A DNA stretch of 32,000 nucleotides from Candidatus Lokiarchaeum ossiferum (GTDB lineage: Archaea; Asgardarchaeota; Lokiarchaeia; Sigyniarchaeales; Promethearchaeaceae). The translations under genes and the position numbers were made by a program. Positions 9,049 through 16,191 of the stretch are shown here, piece after piece (the first letter of the stretch is position 1; each line of letters opens with the position of its first letter). The DNA lies in assembly GCA_025839675.1 (NCBI GenBank), contig CP104013.1:5220001-5252000 (forward strand), in the 5' to 3' direction. The notes under the pieces are model-generated. The model ran no database searches. It was not told the origin of the DNA and was given only the letters and a program-made list of their open reading frames with translations.

Positions 9049-9408
9049 ATGGCAAGAAAGAAAAAAGGTGGCGGTTTTGATCTCGGTCAAAAATTGAATA
9101 ACATCAAGACTTTGAACGAAACAAAACGCCCAAAAGAAGCAATTGCTTATGAATACATGTTATTTGTAATGCTTTGCACTGCAAAATACAAAGAACGGAA
9201 ATTACCTTCTCAAAGCGTAAGAGATTATGCAATGAAAATGGTGAAAGAACATGATATGGATCCAACCATTGTTTATCCTTTCATTCAAGCAGTGGAAGAA
9301 GTGATCTATGGTGGAAAACCTTCCAATCCTGAAGTATTCCAAAAATCGTTGGTAGAATTTGGAAAAGTATTTGAATTCCTTGTTGGAAAACCTCTTCCTC
9401 CTATGTAA
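9049..9408 (+). CDS. Small soluble DUF4129-like protein (119 aa), paralogue of the cytoplasmic tail of the preceding gene
   Basis: AGGTG box 6 nt upstream of the ATG. KEAIAYEYMLF...KY...DP..VYPFIQAVEEVIYG...F.KSLVEFGKVF aligns residue-for-residue by eye with aa ~725-812 of the 839-aa protein. No hydrophobic segment. Confidence 0.7.
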   Translation: MARKKKGGGFDLGQKLNNIKTLNETKRPKEAIAYEYMLFVMLCTAKYKERKLPSQSVRDYAMKMVKEHDMDPTIVYPFIQAVEEVIYGGKPSNPEVFQKSLVEFGKVFEFLVGKPLPPM

Positions 9409-9447
9409 AATTTTTTAAAAAAAATTACCACAAAAAGTGAACAAGAA

Positions 9448-11991
9448 ATGAAAAATCCTGGCTGGTTAATTACGATTTTAAGTCTACCTTTGATTGCTGT
9501 CGGTGTCGTTTTCCTAACAATTAATTTTGGTACAACTGGAATAATTATTGGGAGTGTCCTGGCTGGATTGGGGGCATTGACATTTATTGGAGGGTTTTCC
9601 CGGTTAATTCAAGGTAAAAATCGTAAAATTATGGGTCAACTTATACGTCCTAAAGCTGCTGCCCGTGGATCGGCCGTATGGGCTTTTTTTTGTATAAATA
9701 TCACCCCATTATTGCTCGGTAATAATGCATTATTGGAATATCTTCAGGCTCCACCGCTTCCTTTAGTATTATTGCTCGGGCCAAAAAATATTGTACTCCT
9801 CGCATATATGTGGCTACCCGCTGTAATGATTATTCTTTTAATTTTTTGGGTGATAGGGATGATTTTTTCGGCTAAAATTCCTAAGATATATAATATTTAT
9901 AATAATTTTATCATTACTATCTGTTTTACTTTTTGGTTGAACTTTGGCTCTCAATTTTTCCTTTGGGCGGTTACGCTTAATAAAGATTTAATTTTACTGA
10001 TGGATCCTTGGAAGACTGCCACCACTATTCAAGAGGTTATCGTTCCCTTAGCAATCGGGGGAGCAGTTGTACTGGTTTCTCTTATTTTCACCCTTCGTTC
10101 CTTAAATAAACTTCAACAGTCCTTTTTAAATTTGAATATTTCAGGTAAAACAAAAATTATTATGATTGTTGCTCTCGTGGTAGTATATTCTGCTACCCTC
10201 TTTCCATTGTATTTTAGCGTTAAAGCTTGCATTACTACTACTGCTTTATTAGTTTCTTATCTAAATTATATTCCTCTTATCTTTATGGCAATTGTTGCCT
10301 TCAGTGCTATTTCTTCTCTTTCGAGCGCAACAAAAAATATTTCCACAGAAAGAATTGCTTCCGGAGAATCTGGGTCAAAATCGAGTTTTGGGATAAAAAC
10401 CGCTTTGATGGTCATGGTTCTTATCTTGATGTGGCTTCCTATCGTATATCCAGTAGTTGATGGTGGTGAAAATAAAAAAACGAATTCCATATACAATCCT
10501 CTTTGGAATGGGTGGTCTAATTTTCGGGAAGCCTTAGAAGCGGATACTGAGGATGGTGGATATACTGTGATGTCTGTCCAATCCTCTTTAAGTACTATTT
10601 CTCAGCTGGATAAAACGAAACAAGTTATTTTGGTCATACCCGGTCCCAATGTGTTCTACAATCCTGCAGCGGAAGTTCCCTACCTCTTAGAAGCTTTTAG
10701 TTCGAATTTTTCGATGTTCATTTGCGATGATCATGGAACCACAGAAACTTTAATGACTGAAATGTTTGCAGCTTCTATAGGTGTTTTGGGATTCGAACAC
10801 GCTACACCCTTAACATTCTTTCCCAAAGGTATTTTGTATGAAAACAATACCTACAGTAATGGAGATCCTATGTACTGGAAAAATCCTACCTTTCCGATCA
10901 TTTCTGATTTTCCCGCACATGAAATAAATCAAGGTATTGATCAAGTCGTTTTGGGGCAAGCAACTGCTTTCTTAGGGGGAAGTATGTTAAATATGTTAGG
11001 TTGGAACTTCATTGGTCAGACATCTGGATCTTATTCTTATATTGATACATCTGGCGATGGGATGTATGATCCTTTAGAAGATGTATACACTCTCGGAGGA
11101 AATATAGGGGATGTTTTAACTAGTGTATCTTCCGATAATGCGGAAATGGGAATTGCAACAACGATGCTTAAAGGTGGTTTTCCATTAGGTGGTTATGAAC
11201 AAGCTGTATTTAGCACCAAAGATATGGGTGTAAATGTTGCCGCTATTAACGGGGTGCATTCAAATCGTGTGTTTTGCGCCACTGATGCAAGTTGGCTTAA
11301 TAATGAATTAACGAGTATTGACGAGTTTGATAATTTACAAATGGGCTTAAATGCAATGGATTGGTTAACTTGTGGAAGGGCTCATTCTGATGTAATTGTG
11401 GTGTTTGACGAAGCACATATTACTCTTGATGAACAAGAATCTCTTTTTGGTGTAAACCTTGCGGGGCGTACGGAAATAAATTCGGCAGCATCATTTGGAG
11501 CGGTTCAAGGATATGTAAATTGGTTATCGACAAACCCCATTTTAGGGTTGGTCTATCCACTTTTTGCTTTACAAACTTTACGTAAATGGATTCCAAAAGA
11601 AGGAAATAAGAAAAAAATCCAATTAAAAGATTTGGAAGCTGCTGAGCGGGAAAAATCAATTCTAAAATTCAGGACTTCCTCATTTTTCGCTCAAAAAATC
11701 AATTGGTATCGTCAACATAAAAAATATAATCAAGCTTTATTACAACTATATCGTCGAATGGAGCGCAAATTGAATCGGTTATTAGGAAATTCTGGTGATC
11801 GGAGCATTGATGCGATTCTACGAGCGATTAGAGTTGAACGAGGAAAATATTTGTCCAAAGATCATTTTAATCGGATCAAAAGGTTCCTTGAAATGATGTT
11901 TGATATCAAGCGAAATAAAACCGTAATAAAAGAAGAACGAGAATTTGAGACACTCTTTATGGAAATGTCTTGGGTAAACGATCATATTTAA
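9448..11991 (+). CDS. Polytopic membrane protein with a large DUF4350 (GldG-like) extracytoplasmic domain (847 aa)
   Basis: First ~330 aa contain about 8 hydrophobic helices. aa ~345-700 carry DUF4350/GldG-type landmarks: KQVILVIPGPNVFYNPAAEVPYLLEAF...MFICDDHG, DNLQMGLNAMDWL, VIVVFDEAH. A further hydrophobic helix (NPILGLVYPLFALQTL) precedes a basic helical C-terminal tail. Confidence 0.7.
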   Translation: MKNPGWLITILSLPLIAVGVVFLTINFGTTGIIIGSVLAGLGALTFIGGFSRLIQGKNRKIMGQLIRPKAAARGSAVWAFFCINITPLLLGNNALLEYLQAPPLPLVLLLGPKNIVLLAYMWLPAVMIILLIFWVIGMIFSAKIPKIYNIYNNFIITICFTFWLNFGSQFFLWAVTLNKDLILLMDPWKTATTIQEVIVPLAIGGAVVLVSLIFTLRSLNKLQQSFLNLNISGKTKIIMIVALVVVYSATLFPLYFSVKACITTTALLVSYLNYIPLIFMAIVAFSAISSLSSATKNISTERIASGESGSKSSFGIKTALMVMVLILMWLPIVYPVVDGGENKKTNSIYNPLWNGWSNFREALEADTEDGGYTVMSVQSSLSTISQLDKTKQVILVIPGPNVFYNPAAEVPYLLEAFSSNFSMFICDDHGTTETLMTEMFAASIGVLGFEHATPLTFFPKGILYENNTYSNGDPMYWKNPTFPIISDFPAHEINQGIDQVVLGQATAFLGGSMLNMLGWNFIGQTSGSYSYIDTSGDGMYDPLEDVYTLGGNIGDVLTSVSSDNAEMGIATTMLKGGFPLGGYEQAVFSTKDMGVNVAAINGVHSNRVFCATDASWLNNELTSIDEFDNLQMGLNAMDWLTCGRAHSDVIVVFDEAHITLDEQESLFGVNLAGRTEINSAASFGAVQGYVNWLSTNPILGLVYPLFALQTLRKWIPKEGNKKKIQLKDLEAAEREKSILKFRTSSFFAQKINWYRQHKKYNQALLQLYRRMERKLNRLLGNSGDRSIDAILRAIRVERGKYLSKDHFNRIKRFLEMMFDIKRNKTVIKEEREFETLFMEMSWVNDHI

Positions 11992-12005
11992 TTTTTTTAA
12001 AACTA

Positions 12006-12012
12006 GGAAGGT
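12006..12012 (+). promoter_or_regulatory. Shine-Dalgarno-like box (GGAAGGT) for moxR
   Basis: Located 8 nt upstream of ATG 12021. Confidence 0.45.
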
Positions 12013-12020
12013 AAAAAAAA

Positions 12021-12980
12021 ATGGCAGAAGTATATGAAGAAGCAGATATCGGCATTGTGCGAGAGATTGCGCAGGATGTCATGAGTGAAGTGGGCCGCGT
12101 TGTCGTTGGACTCGGTGAAGTGCTCCAATACCTATTTATTGGGCTCCTCACCAACGGGCACATTTTGTTAGAAGGAGTGCCGGGACTTGCAAAGACCGTC
12201 ACCGCCAAAACGTTCGCCGAAGCCCTCGGTATCACGTTTAATCGAATTCAATTTACTCCGGATTTACTCCCCAGTGATTGTACCGGTTCCATGGTGTTTG
12301 ACCAATCCAAGGGTGATTTTGTAATCCGTAAAGGTCCACTCTTTTCGAATATTGTGTTGGCAGACGAAATCAACCGGACTGCACCGAAAACACAAGCGGC
12401 ATTGCTTGAAGCGATGGGAGAAAAACAAGTCACAATTGAGGGGAAGACCTATAATTTAGAAAAACCGTTTCAAGTGGTTGCCACCCAAAACCCTGTGGAG
12501 CAAGAAGGGACCTACCCACTGCCCGAAGCACAATTAGATCGATTCTTATTTAAATTGTGGTTAGATTATCCGCCAGAAGAGGAAGAAATCGAAATTATGG
12601 CGCGCCAACTGAGTGGGAACAATATAGTGATTGATCCAGTGACGAACGCCGAAGAAATCGTGGAATTACAACGCTTGGTGAATACGGTGTATATGGATCA
12701 CATAATTTTGGAATATATTAAAGATATTGTGTTCAAGACCCGAAACGATCCACAGATCGCCATTGGAGCAGGTCCGCGGGCCAGTTTAACCTTAATGAAA
12801 TGTGCCAAGGCAAGAGCGTCAATCTTAGGGCGAGATTATGTCACACCAGATGATGTGAAGGAATTATGTGTGCCCGTATTAAATCACCGCCTCGGATTGA
12901 AGGCAGAAGCGGAATTAGAAGGCTTAACAACCACAGCAGTCATTAATCGAATTTTAAATGAAGTGGTTGTGCCGATTTAA
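12021..12980 (+). CDS. moxR: MoxR-family AAA+ ATPase (319 aa)
   Basis: Walker A GVPGLAKT (nt 12174-12197), Walker B VLADEINR, TQNPVEQEGTYPLPEAQLDRF sensor/arginine region, and typical ~320-aa MoxR length. GGAAGGT box 8 nt upstream of the ATG. Confidence 0.95.
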   Translation: MAEVYEEADIGIVREIAQDVMSEVGRVVVGLGEVLQYLFIGLLTNGHILLEGVPGLAKTVTAKTFAEALGITFNRIQFTPDLLPSDCTGSMVFDQSKGDFVIRKGPLFSNIVLADEINRTAPKTQAALLEAMGEKQVTIEGKTYNLEKPFQVVATQNPVEQEGTYPLPEAQLDRFLFKLWLDYPPEEEEIEIMARQLSGNNIVIDPVTNAEEIVELQRLVNTVYMDHIILEYIKDIVFKTRNDPQIAIGAGPRASLTLMKCAKARASILGRDYVTPDDVKELCVPVLNHRLGLKAEAELEGLTTTAVINRILNEVVVPI

Positions 12981-12998
12981 AGAATCAAAACCTTCCTA

Positions 12999-13005
12999 TT
13001 TTTTT
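12999..13005 (+). terminator. T7 tract 18 nt after the moxR stop (oligo-T termination-type signal)
   Basis: cctaTTTTTTTac. I see no adjacent GC-rich hairpin. Confidence 0.3.
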
Positions 13006-13044
13006 ACATAAATCATAAAATAAGATATAAACGAGAGAAATAAC

Positions 13045-14373
13045 ATGCTGGGCGGAAAAGGACGTTCGTTGGTAGTATTAGGGACATTTTTATTGACTGC
13101 GGGATTCAGTTTTAAAAACTATTATTTAATTATTTGCGGCGTGTTCTTTCTGTTTGCGACATTCATTTCATTGCCTGCTTTTGAAAGTTCAATGAATATC
13201 GATGAATTGCATGTCACACGTGAAATCGACAATACACGTGTATTCCGCGATGACTTTATGCATATAAAGGTCATCATCAAAAACACTGGGGGAAATAAAT
13301 TCGATTTCTTAGATATATTTGATCAATTTCCAGCAAAAGCATTTCGGTTAGTTACGGGCGAAAACTATATCAGTACCCGAATTGATCCACATAAAACAAT
13401 CAAATTTTCCTACGTACTCGCACCTCGAGTGCGTGGAGAATTTGAATTTGGTCCATTAGAAGTAACCGTCCGAGATCGGCTAGGTTTTAATGCGGAAAAG
13501 CGAATTGTCCCCAAATCATTAACTGACATTATAATTTATCCTCCTTACGAACAAATTCGTGCCTTGGAATTGATGGGGGCACAACGTGCTATGGCAATGT
13601 CCTTCGGTATTCACCAAACGAAGAAAAAAGGGACGGGGACGGATTTACGAAATTTACGCCAATATGTCGCAGGAGATCAATTCCGGTTAATTGACTGGAA
13701 AGCGAGTATGCGATTACAAAAATTAATTGTTCGTGAGTTTGAAAGTGAAAGGAATGTATCAACAATCATATTAATCGATTCAAGTGAATCAATGGCTGGT
13801 GGGGCCGTAGATGCGACGAAATTTGAATATTCAATTAAATCTGCTATGTTACTCGCAAAAATTGCGATGGAACAGAAAGATCAAGTTGGAATCGCAACCT
13901 TTTCGGATAGAAGTAATTTTCGATGGCTGGCTCCCACTACTAAACGCAGTCATTTTTATGATATTATTAATTTTCTGGGAGAAATTACTCCTCAAGGTAA
14001 GAAAGAAATCTATTGGTCCATAGAAGAGTTTTCCCGCTCTTGGGATAAACGGAGTTTGGTCTTTTTAATCACCGATTTAGAGATTGCACAGTTAGATGTA
14101 CTTGCAGCCTTTCGGAAATTGAAATCTTATGGTCATGCAGTATGTGTTATCTCACCATTTTCACCGTGGTTTGAAATCCATGAATTAGAATTAACATCGA
14201 CAGATAAAGCCCTTGCAGAAGCTATCTCCGAAGAAATGATGTTACACATTGTGAATATTAAAAAGGATTCTCAAAAATTAGGTGTTCCTGTTATTTCTGT
14301 CGCTCCTGATGATATGTTTGAAGTGATTATGGCAGAATATCAAGAATCCAAACGGGTAGGAAAAGCAGAATAA
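13045..14373 (+). CDS. DUF58 family protein with vWA-like domain and an intact MIDAS motif (442 aa)
   Basis: Two N-terminal hydrophobic helices. Signature LRQYVAGDQFRLIDWKASMRLQKLIVREFESE (nt 13645-13752), followed by ILIDSSESM (a DxSxS MIDAS motif). Sits in the canonical position immediately downstream of moxR. Confidence 0.9.
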   Translation: MLGGKGRSLVVLGTFLLTAGFSFKNYYLIICGVFFLFATFISLPAFESSMNIDELHVTREIDNTRVFRDDFMHIKVIIKNTGGNKFDFLDIFDQFPAKAFRLVTGENYISTRIDPHKTIKFSYVLAPRVRGEFEFGPLEVTVRDRLGFNAEKRIVPKSLTDIIIYPPYEQIRALELMGAQRAMAMSFGIHQTKKKGTGTDLRNLRQYVAGDQFRLIDWKASMRLQKLIVREFESERNVSTIILIDSSESMAGGAVDATKFEYSIKSAMLLAKIAMEQKDQVGIATFSDRSNFRWLAPTTKRSHFYDIINFLGEITPQGKKEIYWSIEEFSRSWDKRSLVFLITDLEIAQLDVLAAFRKLKSYGHAVCVISPFSPWFEIHELELTSTDKALAEAISEEMMLHIVNIKKDSQKLGVPVISVAPDDMFEVIMAEYQESKRVGKAE

Positions 14374-14376
14374 AAG

Positions 14377-14385
14377 TTTTTTTTT
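14377..14385 (+). terminator. T9 tract 3 nt after the DUF58 stop
   Basis: taaaagTTTTTTTTTatt. Confidence 0.35.
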
Positions 14386-14433
14386 ATTATTACATATTGA
14401 AATGTAGGAAAATCATAGAAGGAAGAAAAGGGT

Positions 14434-15990
14434 ATGGCAAAAAATTACTTATTGATAGGGTTACGAATTACCTCCATTGCTTTATTAGTTTTGTTAATAA
14501 TTCAGCTAGGATTGATCTATAATCCAGAGATTTTTAATTTCTGGAATATTATGAGTATTATTGGGGATTTACGTGATATTTTTGCCTATGTTATGTATAT
14601 CGCATTGTATGGGATCTTTACAGGGATTTCCTTTGGGTTTTCTGCCGTTTTTAGTGTATTGGGTGCTGTTTTTAGTGCGGATTATTTCATTAATTTTGTA
14701 AATTCCGTTTTCTCAAATATGGTGGGAAATTGGTTTTACTTACCTAACTATAATCCAGATACAATGGTGGCTACTCCTGCTTTACTCGCCCCAACTCTTG
14801 CAGAATCATTATCTGGGTTACAATTTCTCTTTGCGGAGATAACTGAAGATCTTTACATGGTTCTTCTTCAAATTTGTATTGTTATTATGTTCTATCATGC
14901 ATTACGTGGAACAATTACTAGTGACCCCGGTCAAAGCATTAAAGTTATTGTTTATATTAATCTTATCATTATCGTTCCCCTATTTTTCAGACAAATCGAC
15001 ATTGTTCTAAACATGTTTTCCTCGTTCTTTGCAGAAATGCCTGAATGGTACACAAATCTGATAGAAAAAGATTTATTGCAACCTGAGATTTTTGTTGATA
15101 TTAAAGACTTGACTTTTGGTGGATTTTTAACCTCGAGTATTTTCTTAGTTGCAACTACAATGTTTGTCTATTTAGAATTTGTGTTCCAATTGGCTTATGT
15201 GGATAGTGTGACGACACCTTCAGTCGAACGGGAATTACGTTTGAATCGCCAAATTGATGTGATGCATACCGAAGCAGAAAAAGCCATTTCACGGATCAAG
15301 GCTATTGAAGAAATGAAACGAGAAAAAAAAGCGCAAAAGCGTCTTAACATAACCGATGAGGATCGTCAGGCTCAAAAGGAAGAAGAAGAACGCTTATCGT
15401 TGAGCGCATTGATGTCAGATAAGGCTGAATCGGTGGGTTTTTCCTTTATTGCTGAATTAATTGCCAAGAAAAAGGCGGAAAAAAATGAACAAGTGATAAT
15501 GGATGCTATGAAAGATACTCGACGTGTGGCGCACTATCTTGAAAAATTATTTAAACAAGATAAAGAAGCGCGAAATACATTGACTGCTAAAGCAGCATCA
15601 CCAAAGGCATCTCGTTTAATTGCATCCACGCTGATTAACATGTTGACACGCATTGTTCTTATTACTGCAATCATGTGGGTTGTAGTACATCCCTATAACT
15701 TTTTTGCTTTTCTTCGATCACCCGATGCAATTCTGAAAAGCGTGGAGTTGCAAACGGTGGAATCGACGTTATCCGTGTTATTGCCGTTTCTCCTTATTAT
15801 TCCGATGATTTCCAGTGTTATTCGAGTAACCAAACATAATAAACTAAAAGAAATGTTGAGATTGGAGGAATTACAAAGAGCAGGTTTAACAGAAGAAGAA
15901 TTGTTGGCATTGGAGTCTTCACGGGGTGTAGTTGATGAGAGTGGGGTACAGATGGCTCAAGATGCTGATGCTTCGGCCAGTCGGGCTTAA
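14434..15990 (+). CDS. Membrane protein with central Lys/Glu-rich coiled-coil (518 aa); no family recognised
   Basis: Long ORF with a GAAGGAAG box upstream. About 6 N-terminal hydrophobic helices. Charged helical region aa ~262-395 (EKAISRIKAIEEMKREKKAQKRL...QKEEEERL). Two more helices, then an acidic tail. Confidence 0.7.
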   Translation: MAKNYLLIGLRITSIALLVLLIIQLGLIYNPEIFNFWNIMSIIGDLRDIFAYVMYIALYGIFTGISFGFSAVFSVLGAVFSADYFINFVNSVFSNMVGNWFYLPNYNPDTMVATPALLAPTLAESLSGLQFLFAEITEDLYMVLLQICIVIMFYHALRGTITSDPGQSIKVIVYINLIIIVPLFFRQIDIVLNMFSSFFAEMPEWYTNLIEKDLLQPEIFVDIKDLTFGGFLTSSIFLVATTMFVYLEFVFQLAYVDSVTTPSVERELRLNRQIDVMHTEAEKAISRIKAIEEMKREKKAQKRLNITDEDRQAQKEEEERLSLSALMSDKAESVGFSFIAELIAKKKAEKNEQVIMDAMKDTRRVAHYLEKLFKQDKEARNTLTAKAASPKASRLIASTLINMLTRIVLITAIMWVVVHPYNFFAFLRSPDAILKSVELQTVESTLSVLLPFLLIIPMISSVIRVTKHNKLKEMLRLEELQRAGLTEEELLALESSRGVVDESGVQMAQDADASASRA

Positions 15991-15992
15991 TC

Positions 15993-15998
15993 TTTTTT
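15993..15998 (+). terminator. T6 tract 2 nt after the stop of the last gene of the + strand cluster
   Basis: taatcTTTTTTctttc, at the end of the co-directional block, before a convergent gene. Confidence 0.35.
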
Positions 15999-16191
15999 CT
16001 TTCATTTAATCTAAAAAGGATTTTCATTTTTTTAACACCTTCGAGTCTCTTATATTGAAAATATTTTTGAAAAACATTCCTTTAATTCTTCTAAAAAGAT
16101 GAAGTGTGAATTTATTAAAGATTTTGAAGGAAAATATACATTAGAATTTAAAAAAAAGAGTTGAAATTGTGCTGGAAATCACCTATACTTT

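Noticed and set aside
11957-12235. 92-aa antisense ORF overlapping the moxR 5' end
   Set aside because: It lies in the locally GC-rich moxR segment, where stop codons are rare in all frames. The translation (Pro/Ser/Thr/Arg-rich) has no recognisable features, and moxR on the opposite strand is unambiguous.
12021-12980. GC-rich moxR segment as a mobile element or genomic island
   Set aside because: There are no flanking direct or inverted repeats, and no integrase, transposase or tRNA. The anomaly is confined to exactly one gene that sits in its canonical operon position. I kept it as a compositional finding, not a mobile-element call.
16099-16164. 21-codon sORF (MKCEFIKDFEGKYTLEFKKKS) in the convergent intergenic region
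   Set aside because: It has no ribosome-binding box, an AT-rich context makes such ORFs common, and nothing supports translation.
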